Origin: a virus
Lineage: Duplodnaviria; Caudoviricetes
Direction: 5' to 3' (one strand)
Virus record (IMG/VR): IMGVR_UViG_3300021255_000094
Coordinates: 2,896 to 66,895 of that record
DNA: 64,000 nt
Shown one piece after another: positions 16,862 through 25,877 of the stretch (the first letter of the stretch is position 1; every line of letters starts with the position of its first letter). Made by a program: the position numbers and the translations under genes. A model generated the notes under the pieces. It saw only the letters and a list, made by a program, of their open reading frames with translations. It was not told where the DNA came from and searched no databases.

Positions 16862-18412
16862 ATGGCACTATTTGAAATACCAACAAGAAATAATAGTCGA
16901 GAATCAGATAGTAAAATCATTAAGCAATCAAAGACAGTACACAAAGCTACCCCCTCTATAAAAGGGGGTAGTAGTTTACTAGAGAGAATATCCCAAGCGC
17001 AAGATTTAGTAAACCGAAAATTAAGTAAGTATAAAGATAAATATATCTTGATACAAAATGAGCAGATATTACATAATTATATAGATGAATGTATTAAGCA
17101 AGGAGTTATTAGTATAGATACAGAAACTACTGGACTTGACCCACTGTTAGATGATATAGCAGGAATATGTGTTTATACACCTAGTATGCCAGGAGCATAC
17201 ATACCTATCAATCACGTTAGCTATATAACAAATGAAAAGATTGCTAATCAATTAGATGTGGAATATATAAGAGCAGAGTTTGAACGTATTATTAAACCAC
17301 ATATAGATGTGATAATGTTTAATGCAAAGTTTGATATTAGAGTGTTGAGAAATAAAGTTGGTTTACATAATATTTACTGTACTTGGGATTGTTATTTAGC
17401 ACAGCGATTGCTTAATGAGAATGAACCTAGTAATGCTCTTAAAAAGTTGCATCAGAAATATGTGCTTAATGGTAAGGAAGATGCATTTACATTTGAAGAA
17501 CTATTCAAGGGAATACCATTTACAATGATACCTTTACAGACAGCAGTGCTATATGCAGGAAATGACCCAGTTATTACATATGAACTGTATGATTATCAAC
17601 GACAGTTTCTTAGGGAAGATTCTGATAGAGAAGATATGCGAAAATTGTATTGGGTATTGATGAATATAGAAATGCCTTGTGTTGATGCAGTATGTAATAT
17701 GGAAGATAATGGTGTACTCTTTGATATGCAGTATCAACAGATACTATCAGAGAAGTATAATAAGCTACTCACAGACAAGCTAGAAGCGTTTTATAAAGAG
17801 TTAAAGAAGTTTGATGATAAAATAGTCGAGTACAAAGCTAAAACGCAACATAACAAGCTAGATGAGCCTATAAATATAGCAAGCCCTACACAGCTAGCAA
17901 TATTGTTCTATGACATTATAGGTATAGAGGTTATAGATAAAAAGTCACCTAGAGGTACTGGAGTAGAAATATTAAAAAAGATGGATATGCCACTTGCAAA
18001 CACTATACTTGAATATAGAACGGTTGAAAAGCTAATCAGTACATATATTGATAAGTTACCTAATTGCGTAAACCCAAATGATGGAAGAATACATTGTAGC
18101 TTTAATCAATATGGTGCAGACACAGGAAGAATGTCAAGTAGTGACCCTAACTTACAGAATATACCATCACATAATAAAGACATACGAAAGATGTTTATAG
18201 CTTCTAATGAACCCCTTGATATTGTTGAAAGCAACAATAGTTTTACAGTAGATAGATGGATAGAAGTAAAAACATCTAATGGGTGGATTTATGCTGATAA
18301 AATAGAGGTTGGAGACAGCTTGGTTGTAGAAGAAAACGACACTCAATTAGAGATTATTGTTACCAAGATAGATAATCGTGTTGACAATAATCAGATAATA
18401 TTATATTATTAA
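16862..18412 (+). CDS. polA: Family A DNA polymerase N-terminal fragment (3'-5' exonuclease, thumb, start of palm) with Hint-like C-terminal tail
   Basis: SIDTETTGLD, FNAKFD, YAGND exonuclease motifs; GADTGRMSSSDPNLQNIP; stops before motif A. Confidence 0.9.
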   Translation: MALFEIPTRNNSRESDSKIIKQSKTVHKATPSIKGGSSLLERISQAQDLVNRKLSKYKDKYILIQNEQILHNYIDECIKQGVISIDTETTGLDPLLDDIAGICVYTPSMPGAYIPINHVSYITNEKIANQLDVEYIRAEFERIIKPHIDVIMFNAKFDIRVLRNKVGLHNIYCTWDCYLAQRLLNENEPSNALKKLHQKYVLNGKEDAFTFEELFKGIPFTMIPLQTAVLYAGNDPVITYELYDYQRQFLREDSDREDMRKLYWVLMNIEMPCVDAVCNMEDNGVLFDMQYQQILSEKYNKLLTDKLEAFYKELKKFDDKIVEYKAKTQHNKLDEPINIASPTQLAILFYDIIGIEVIDKKSPRGTGVEILKKMDMPLANTILEYRTVEKLISTYIDKLPNCVNPNDGRIHCSFNQYGADTGRMSSSDPNLQNIPSHNKDIRKMFIASNEPLDIVESNNSFTVDRWIEVKTSNGWIYADKIEVGDSLVVEENDTQLEIIVTKIDNRVDNNQIILYY

Positions 18413-18415
18413 GAT

Positions 18416-19123
18416 ATGATTATATATAAAGCAACAAACAAGATAAATGGTAAATGTTATATAGGGCAAACTCGACATTCTATTGAGTATCGTAAGCGCA
18501 GACATTTATCGTGTGCTAGGAAAGGAGTTAAAACTAATTTTTATAAAGCCATTCGTAAATATGGAGAAGATAATTTTGAATGGGAAATAATATGTAGCAC
18601 TAATGATAAACAGAAACTCAATGAACTAGAAACTTTCTATATAACAAAATATGACAGCATTAAAAATGGCTATAATATGATTGATGGCGGAGATAATAAT
18701 ATTATGGACATTGAGAGTGTTAAAACTAAACACGATAAAGTTATGCGTAGTTCCGAAGTGCGTAAAAAGATTTCAAATACAATGAAAAATAAGATTGCTA
18801 ATGGAGAATTTTTTACACCTGAACATAGAAAGAAGTTATCTGAAAAAGCAAAGGGTAATCATAATTTTGGCAGTGGTGATACACGCTCAATAGGATGTTA
18901 TTGTGTTCTTGAGGACGGCACAAAATATGAGTTTCATTCATATAGGGATGCTTGGAAGTGGTGGTTAACTATTGATAACCCATTTGATACAGATACAGAA
19001 TGTGTGTATCAGCGAAAAATAAAACAAAGTATAGAATGTGGATATTATACATATCATTATAATCGTAATAAAATTAAGTATGAATATCCAAAGTGGTTTA
19101 GAAAGGAGTGTGATGCTGAATGA
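18416..19123 (+). mobile_element. Free-standing GIY-YIG homing endonuclease gene between polymerase halves
   Basis: MIIYKATNKINGKCYIGQT, E..YI, GYN, NUMOD3-like TPEHRKKLSEKAKG. Confidence 0.9.
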
Positions 19124-20097
19124 AAAAGTTACTAGCTAGGAGAAACTATGTTCTTATGTCTAGTGACTATTCTTAGTCACAGCAAGAACCTAAATGTTTA
19201 GCGGCTTTGTGTAGAATGAATGGAGATTCACAGATGTATGATACATTTATGCAGGGTAAGGACTTGTATTCAGAGATAGCAAGTAAAGCATTTAATAAAC
19301 CTTATGAAGAGTGTCTTGAGTTTAATAAAGATGGAACTACTAATAAACAAGGTAAAGAACGTAGAACACAAGCTAAAAGTATTCTGTTAGGAGTGTTATA
19401 TGGCAGAGGTGTACCATCAATAGCAGAGCAGTTGAATTGTACAGTTGAAAAAGCACAAGCTATAAAAGACAGTGTATTCAGAGGTTTTCCAGCTATTAAG
19501 AAGTTTGAAAAAGATTCTTTAGCTATGGGCGAAGAGTTAGGTTATGTAACTACAATCTCAGGACGTAAGAGAAGATTACCAGCACTTCAATTAGATGAAT
19601 ATGAGTTTAAGTGGAAGAACGGTGTAGCTCCTGATAATGATTTATTAGACTTTGACTCAGATGCAGAGCAAGAGATTCCAGAGAGAACTATCAGAAAATA
19701 TCTTACAAAGTTACATAATTGTAGATTTAATGAGAAGCGCAAGATATTTGAGCAAGCGAATGAAGAGGGTATATGGATAGTAGATAATGGAGCAAAGATA
19801 GCAGAAGCAGTTAGACAGACTGTAAATGCACGTATTCAAGGAAGTGCGGCAGACCTAACAAAGCTTGCTATGATAGAGCTTAATAATAATCAGAAGCTAA
19901 AAGACTTAGGATTCAGACTACTTATACCAGTACACGATGAGATAATAGCAGAGTGTCCAGAAGAGAATGTCAAAGAATGTTCTAAATTACTAGCAGATAC
20001 AATGTCAAAAGCGGCGGAAAGGATACTAGAAATGCCTATTAAGTGTGATGTGACCATTACAAAAGAATGGTATGGAGAGGAGATAGTATATGAATAA
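19120..20097 (+). CDS. polA: Family A DNA polymerase C-terminal fragment; in-frame TAG at 19174-19176 inside motif A
   Basis: AAGGAG RBS and ATGA overlap at 19120; MKKLLARRNYVLMSSDYS*SQQEPK; motif B RTQAKSILLGVLYG; IQGSAADLTK; motif C VHDE. Confidence 0.85.
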
Positions 20098-21226
20098 AGG
20101 AGGGTATAAGAATTGTATAGACCTAACCCAGCAATTTAGATTCTGTGGTAATGCCTTTAGAGTTGACACCTATAAAGGATGTTCATATGGCTGTAAGTAT
20201 TGTTTTGCAAATTCTAATCAGACATTATATCACAATGATGGATTAGCTACTTGTGATATAAATGATTTTAAAAAATACTTTTCAAAAGCCTTTGATAATG
20301 ATAAGCCTACAAATAATAGGATTGTTGAGTGTTTGCGCCATAAAGTACCTTTACACTGTGGTGGAATGTCAGACCCATTTCAGAAAATAGAATTTGAATT
20401 GCATTTAACATATCAGCTTATAGAGTTGAGTAATAAATATGAATACCCTATAATATTCAGCACAAAGACAGCAAGTTTTCCGGAAGAATATTTTAAGATA
20501 CTAGACCCAAAGTTTCACGCTTTTCAATCTTCAATAATGGGCTGGAGTGATGAATATATTAGAAAGTATGAAACTAATACACCTATGGCAAGTGAACGTG
20601 CTAAGTTTGTGGCAAGCCTCAGAGAGCGTGGTTTTTGGTGCGGGGTAAGAATACAGCCTTGTATCAATTTAAACGAAGTATTAGAGCTTGTAGACCATTT
20701 AAAAGATATACCTAGCTATTATACTGTTGAGCATTTAAAGATACCAGTTGATAATGAGACAGTAAAAGCATTATTCAAAGACGAGTATCAGAATATTGGA
20801 TTTTGCAGAAGTCAAAATAATGTTAGAAATATAGAGATACAGCCTAATATAAAAAAATCAAACATTAAAGCTATTCAAGAGTTAGCTAATAGTTATGGAG
20901 TATTAGTAGGTGTGGGTGATAATGATTTACATTATCTATCACAGAGTAGATGTTGTTGTGGAATAGATACCATAGGTGAAAGTTTTGATAATTGGCTTAA
21001 ATATAATTTAACATACTTTATAACTGGTGATGTTGAAGATGATTTATGGATGCCAAAATGTAATCTTGCAAGTTGTTTTTATTCTGGAACAAGAATGAAT
21101 AGTAAAGTAGATGCTAAAGAAGCGACTAATAAATATATTAGGGATAATAAAGATTTAGTACCTAAAGAAGATAGAGAAAAAGTAAGTAAGATAACTGGAG
21201 TTAATTTCACAAAACAACTATTTTAA
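20090..21226 (+). CDS. Radical SAM protein (spore photoproduct lyase-like family)
   Basis: DTYKGCSYGCKYC CxxxCxxC; GGMSDPFQ; STK motifs. Confidence 0.85.
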   Translation: MNKGGYKNCIDLTQQFRFCGNAFRVDTYKGCSYGCKYCFANSNQTLYHNDGLATCDINDFKKYFSKAFDNDKPTNNRIVECLRHKVPLHCGGMSDPFQKIEFELHLTYQLIELSNKYEYPIIFSTKTASFPEEYFKILDPKFHAFQSSIMGWSDEYIRKYETNTPMASERAKFVASLRERGFWCGVRIQPCINLNEVLELVDHLKDIPSYYTVEHLKIPVDNETVKALFKDEYQNIGFCRSQNNVRNIEIQPNIKKSNIKAIQELANSYGVLVGVGDNDLHYLSQSRCCCGIDTIGESFDNWLKYNLTYFITGDVEDDLWMPKCNLASCFYSGTRMNSKVDAKEATNKYIRDNKDLVPKEDREKVSKITGVNFTKQLF

Positions 21227-21241
21227 AAGGAGAATAAAACT

Positions 21242-22318
21242 ATGAAAGTAAAAACAGAGCAGTTTAAGAAACTTGTAAACACAGCTATTCAAGGTTCAAG
21301 TAATGATAAGCTAATACCTATAACACAGCTTATGGGTATTAAAAAGTGGAATGATGTTATTATGTTAACCACAACAGATGCTACAAATTATTTATATGTG
21401 GCAGATAATATTGATAATGATACAGATGATTTCAATGTTACAGTGTATGCGGAGCAATTTGCAAAGCTCATATCTAAAATGACAAGTGAATTTATATATC
21501 TCAGTATTAAGAATGAAGCACTTGAAGTAAAAGGTAATGGAACATATATGCTTGAGTTACCACTTGATGAGAATGGAGAACTTATTAAATATCCTGACCC
21601 ATACGCTGAAAAGTATTCAGTTGATTTCAAGTGGGATGGCAAGATAAAAGTTTCAGATATAAAGACAACAATAGATTCAGTAAAGCCATCACTTGCAAGT
21701 GTAGATGAAAAACCTATACTTAAAAACTATTTTGTTGGAGATAATGTAATTGCAACAGATAGATATAAGATAGCAAGCTTTAATGCTAATATGTTTAAAG
21801 ATGAAATACTTATATCATCACAGCTTATGGATTTACTTAGTCTCTTTGAATCAGATATACAGTATAAGATTGATAAAGATTGTATGGTATTTGATTCTGG
21901 AAATTATACAGTCTTTAGTAAGCAAGCTGATGATATATCAGAGTTCCCTATTGATGTTATAGAGAAACTTATCAATGAAGATTTTAAGAGTATGTGCAAG
22001 GTAAATAAGAATGATTTTATTGCCCTCCTGGAAAGAATTGCACTTTTTGTTGGTAAGTATGATGATAAAGCAGTAAGGCTGTATTTTGAAAAAGATGGAA
22101 TACGAGTATCTAATAAGAGTCGAAATAGTAATGAGATAATAGAATACTCAGACAGTAAAGGTTATAAGAGCTATGATTGTATTATAGACGTAGATATGTT
22201 GCTAACACAGTTAAAAGCATACAGTAAATCAAATGTAGAGATACATTATAATAATGATGTGTGCATTAAGTTAGTTGACGATAAAGTCACTCAGATTATA
22301 GCTTTAATGGAACAGTAG
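21242..22318 (+). CDS. DNA sliding clamp, DnaN (beta)-like
   Basis: 358 aa; repeated TTD/ATD strand motifs; VNKNDFIALLERIALF pattern resembling DnaN domain III. Confidence 0.75.
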   Translation: MKVKTEQFKKLVNTAIQGSSNDKLIPITQLMGIKKWNDVIMLTTTDATNYLYVADNIDNDTDDFNVTVYAEQFAKLISKMTSEFIYLSIKNEALEVKGNGTYMLELPLDENGELIKYPDPYAEKYSVDFKWDGKIKVSDIKTTIDSVKPSLASVDEKPILKNYFVGDNVIATDRYKIASFNANMFKDEILISSQLMDLLSLFESDIQYKIDKDCMVFDSGNYTVFSKQADDISEFPIDVIEKLINEDFKSMCKVNKNDFIALLERIALFVGKYDDKAVRLYFEKDGIRVSNKSRNSNEIIEYSDSKGYKSYDCIIDVDMLLTQLKAYSKSNVEIHYNNDVCIKLVDDKVTQIIALMEQ

Positions 22319-22348
22319 TTTACATAATATCGTGTCAGCATTTAGTTG

Positions 22349-22377
22349 TTGACACGATATTTCTATCGTGATATAAT
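22349..22377 (+). promoter_or_regulatory. sigmaA-type promoter
   Basis: TTGACA(22349)-17 nt-TGnTATAAT(22372). Confidence 0.85.
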
Positions 22378-22428
22378 GTTTATTGTAAAACAATAGTGTT
22401 CGATATATGCACAGAAAGGAGAAATAAT

Positions 22429-22620
22429 ATGACTAGAAAAGAACAAAAGCAAAAAGCACAAGCTCTAATAATGGAGCAGTTAGCAAAGATAGGCTATGGT
22501 GATGAGTATGCAGAATACAGTAAGCTATTCAATAGTCAGGAAGAAGCAGATGCTTGTATGAGTATTCAGATGGATAGAATAGCAAAGTTATTCGGATATA
22601 CTAGGTCGTGGTTTTATTAA
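22429..22620 (+). CDS. Hypothetical protein
   Basis: AAAGGAG RBS before ATG 22429. Confidence 0.7.
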   Translation: MTRKEQKQKAQALIMEQLAKIGYGDEYAEYSKLFNSQEEADACMSIQMDRIAKLFGYTRSWFY

Positions 22621-22638
22621 ACAGAAAGGAGAATTAAA

Positions 22639-22878
22639 ATGAGAGTATATTTAACTAACAATAGTAATGTAGCTTTAGGATTGTCAAATGCATTTGATGA
22701 AGTGCCATTATTTTTAGCAGAGCTTGAGGATAGTGAAGATTTAGTAAAGCGAGAATCTATCATCAATAAGTATTCAAGGTATAGAAAATGGAGTTTAAAG
22801 TTACAAACATCTAAGAGGACAATATTTACAAGTATTGATGTTTTACACAATGAATATTATTTAGTGATAAAGGAGTAG
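22639..22878 (+). CDS. Hypothetical protein
   Basis: AAAGGAG RBS. Confidence 0.65.
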   Translation: MRVYLTNNSNVALGLSNAFDEVPLFLAELEDSEDLVKRESIINKYSRYRKWSLKLQTSKRTIFTSIDVLHNEYYLVIKE

Positions 22879-22881
22879 ACT

Positions 22882-23691
22882 ATGGCGAGAAATAGTTTAA
22901 AGAATATATTTAATCTTATAGATGCAGAAAAAGCAGACTTATCTGTGGAGCAGTCATTCTTAAATGATTTGAATAGGTCAATAGAATTGACAGATGATAA
23001 GAACGCAAGACCAGGAAGCAAGACATATAAGCCTAGTGGTATGAATTGTATTAGACAGAGTTATTATGTAATAACTGGAGCAGAACAAGATGAGCATAAT
23101 TCAAGTAGTAATATTATATGTATCTGTGAATCTGGAACTGATAGACACGAAAGAATACAGCAAGCCGTCATAGATATGTGGTCTAACTGTATTGACTGTG
23201 AATATATTGATGTAGCTGATTTTGTAGAGACAAGAGGACTTACAGAATACTTAGATATAGTAAAACGACCAGACTTTGCTAAAAAGGAATATGAAACAAA
23301 GCTATATCATAAGTCACTTAATATGTCATTCTTATGTGATGGAATAATTAAGTATAAAGGTCACTATTATATACTTGAAATAAAGACAGAAGCCAGCTTT
23401 AAGTTTAACGAGCGCAAAGGAGTAGACCCATCACATTATCATCAAGCTATTGCATATAGTATAGCTTTTGGAATAGACGATGTTTTATTCGTGTATGAAT
23501 GTAGGGATAATTGCAGTAAAAAAGCATTTATGTATCACGTTACAGACGAAATGAAGCAGAACTTATTAGGCTATATAGAGGAATGTGATAGTTATATTAA
23601 GAAACTAAAAGTACCACCTATACCAAGCGATGTAGCAAAAAAGACGTGTAGTTATTGTAGTTATAAAGGAAGGTGTAATAAAGATGGCTGA
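22882..23691 (+). CDS. Cas4-like PD-(D/E)XK exonuclease
   Basis: N-terminal Cys, DGII...LEIKT, Q..AY, C-terminal CSYCSYKGRC. Confidence 0.8.
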   Translation: MARNSLKNIFNLIDAEKADLSVEQSFLNDLNRSIELTDDKNARPGSKTYKPSGMNCIRQSYYVITGAEQDEHNSSSNIICICESGTDRHERIQQAVIDMWSNCIDCEYIDVADFVETRGLTEYLDIVKRPDFAKKEYETKLYHKSLNMSFLCDGIIKYKGHYYILEIKTEASFKFNERKGVDPSHYHQAIAYSIAFGIDDVLFVYECRDNCSKKAFMYHVTDEMKQNLLGYIEECDSYIKKLKVPPIPSDVAKKTCSYCSYKGRCNKDG

Positions 23692-23851
23692 TTATAGATG
23701 CTGTATTTGTAATAAGATACTATATGATTTAGGAAACAACGCAGAGCCAGTAAGAAAAGGCAGATGTTGTGATGAGTGCAACTGGATTTATGTTATACCA
23801 GCTAGACTAAAAGAAGTAGATATGAAGGAGATAAAAAACGATGACAAATGA
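23684..23851 (+). CDS. Small zinc-binding protein (below cutoff)
   Basis: Hand-translated MADYRCCICNK...GNNAEP...CCDECN...VIPARL. Confidence 0.7.
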   Translation: MADYRCCICNKILYDLGNNAEPVRKGRCCDECNWIYVIPARLKEVDMKEIKNDDK

Positions 23852-24356
23852 GAAAGGTATTCAGCGTGGAAAAGACTTTGAAGAAATAATAAAGAAGAAT
23901 TTTCTTGAAGTGCCAAACACAACAGTAGAAAGATTACCTGACCCAATAAGTGGATATTTAGGTGTAAGAAACCCTTGTGACTTTCTTATATATCATTATC
24001 CTTATGTATATTATATTGAGTGCAAGACAACTCATTCACATAGGTTGCCATTTACTAATGTGACATTTAATCAAAGAGTTGGTATGCTAGAAGCTAACAA
24101 AGTGAATGGAGTTGTAGCTGGTATAATATGCTGGTTTATACCGGAAGAGAAAACATATTTTATACCTATACAAGTTTATGAGAATTATAGACTTGCTGGA
24201 GAAAAGAGTTTGAATTTACATAAGATGAATCCAGAAGCTGACGGCTGGGTAGAAATACACGGCACTAAAAAGCGTATATTTTTTGATTATGATTTACAGC
24301 GATTTATAAATCATTGTATGCTAAACAGTTTAGGTGAAAAGAAAGGAGAAAGTTAA
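23841..24356 (+). CDS. recU: RecU-like Holliday junction resolvase
   Basis: RGKDFEE, PCDF, IECKTT, Q motifs. Confidence 0.75.
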   Translation: MTNEKGIQRGKDFEEIIKKNFLEVPNTTVERLPDPISGYLGVRNPCDFLIYHYPYVYYIECKTTHSHRLPFTNVTFNQRVGMLEANKVNGVVAGIICWFIPEEKTYFIPIQVYENYRLAGEKSLNLHKMNPEADGWVEIHGTKKRIFFDYDLQRFINHCMLNSLGEKKGES

Positions 24357-24598
24357 TGCAAGCTGATAGGCTAAACAGAATGAGATTGCCAAAAATTAAG
24401 CCTTGCCCTTTTTGTGGAGGGTATAGTACACTTGCCCCAAAATCAAAGACAATCATAAAAGGTGAATTAGCTTATACAAGTTATGTGTATTGTAGAGACT
24501 GTCAAAGTAGAGGAAGAAGAGTGTTGTTAGGCGAAGATGGCAGAACAGATTTTGAATCAAGGGAATTAGCAATCAATCATTGGAATAGGAGAGTATAA
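24356..24598 (+). CDS. Lar-family restriction-alleviation-like zinc protein
   Basis: IKPCPFCGG...CRDC...AINHWNRR. Confidence 0.7.
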   Translation: MQADRLNRMRLPKIKPCPFCGGYSTLAPKSKTIIKGELAYTSYVYCRDCQSRGRRVLLGEDGRTDFESRELAINHWNRRV

Positions 24599-24599
24599 T

Positions 24600-25115
24600 A
24601 TGAGAATAGACAATATAGACTTAAAGAAGATAGCTGAAACACAGGCTAAAGTGGAAGAAAATTCACAGACAATAAATAAGTTAGTTGAAGAGGTAATAAA
24701 GCCATATTGTAAAGACTTAGATAAGTATGTAGGGTTTATTAGAAATTGTCTTAAAGATGGAGAGAACCCACCAACTGATGCTGAACTAGATGATTTTGTT
24801 TTGAATCTATCAACACTTATCTATTGGGCTAGTGGAGCGTGTGAACAGCTAGGTATTCGTGATGATATTAGCAAAGCAGTATACAAGGAAATATATCATA
24901 CAAAGCGAAATGAGTTATCAAGTGGCACAGTAGCAGATAAAGATAGTATAGCAGAACTGGAAAGTATTCAAGAACAAGTCACAAATGTAGTGTATAATAG
25001 GTCATATAAGATTATGAAAAGCAAGGTTGAAAATGCACAAGAGCTTTTATCATCTTGTAAGAAAGTGTTGAGCCATAGACTTAGTGAAATGTCCTTAACT
25101 CAAGTAAGTAATTAG
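24600..25115 (+). CDS. Coiled-coil protein, possible recombination mediator
   Basis: Helical, with GTVADK motif; located in the recombination cluster; function is inference. Confidence 0.6.
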   Translation: MRIDNIDLKKIAETQAKVEENSQTINKLVEEVIKPYCKDLDKYVGFIRNCLKDGENPPTDAELDDFVLNLSTLIYWASGACEQLGIRDDISKAVYKEIYHTKRNELSSGTVADKDSIAELESIQEQVTNVVYNRSYKIMKSKVENAQELLSSCKKVLSHRLSEMSLTQVSN

Positions 25116-25241
25116 GTATTGACACCTAAATCCGAAGAAACTAAACAAAAGATGCGCAAACCTAAGTCACCTGAGGCTATCGAAAATATGCGTAAAGCTC
25201 AAAAAGAAGCGTGGAAACGAAGAAAAGCAAAACAAGAATAG
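25116..25241 (+). pseudogene. Remnant C-terminus of a NUMOD3-containing homing endonuclease
   Basis: Hand-translated VLTPKSEETKQKMRKPKSPEAIENMRKAQKEAWKRRKAKQE*; no RBS/start recognised and no catalytic domain. Confidence 0.6.
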
Positions 25242-25260
25242 GAGGAAATTAAATACTAAA

Positions 25261-25866
25261 ATGAAAACTATAATAACGCAGATAGCTATTATATGTATCT
25301 TAGTTATTCCCATCTTTGCACAGATTGAATACATACATAGTAGTAGCACAGAACCGCAACCAAAGAAACTAGCAATCGTATTTTCCAAAGAGCAGTCAAT
25401 GATTGAGCTAGAGCCTGCGGAACAATATGTAAATGAAAAGATTGAAGCGAAGCTGGAAGTCATTAAAGTTCATAACGATAAAAAGGAAGAATTGCATACT
25501 AAAGCAAAAGAATCATATGAGGCTTATCTTGCTTCATTAAAGAGACAAAGACAAGTTACCTATACTAGCTATGCACAATCAACACCTACTGAATCAGTAA
25601 CAAGTGGTAGTATAGGAAGCTATGAGCTAACAGCTTATACGTGGACTGGTAACACTTGTGCTAATGGTGAATATCCTACTGATGGAGTTACGATAGCTAG
25701 TAACACTTTACCGCTAGGCACTAGAGTATATATAGAGGGTCTAGGAGAAAGAGTTGTACAAGACACTGGCGGTATGGGTGGCGGAGTAATTGATGTTTAT
25801 ATGGATAGCTATGATGCGTGTATTCAGTTTGGTAGACAAAGTGCCGAAGTATATGTATTAGAATAA
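25261..25866 (+). CDS. Membrane-anchored 3D-domain (cell-wall lytic transglycosylase-like) protein
   Basis: N-terminal TM; LTAY...IAS...LPLGTRVYIEG.G...VQDTGG...IDVYM. Confidence 0.85.
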   Translation: MKTIITQIAIICILVIPIFAQIEYIHSSSTEPQPKKLAIVFSKEQSMIELEPAEQYVNEKIEAKLEVIKVHNDKKEELHTKAKESYEAYLASLKRQRQVTYTSYAQSTPTESVTSGSIGSYELTAYTWTGNTCANGEYPTDGVTIASNTLPLGTRVYIEGLGERVVQDTGGMGGGVIDVYMDSYDACIQFGRQSAEVYVLE

Positions 25867-25877
25867 GGAGAATAAAA

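Noticed and set aside
18413-19176. Group I intron interrupting polA
   Set aside because: Only 3 nt separate the N-half stop from the endonuclease ATG, and the endonuclease stop overlaps the C-half ATG, leaving no room for a ribozyme core. The C-half has its own RBS.
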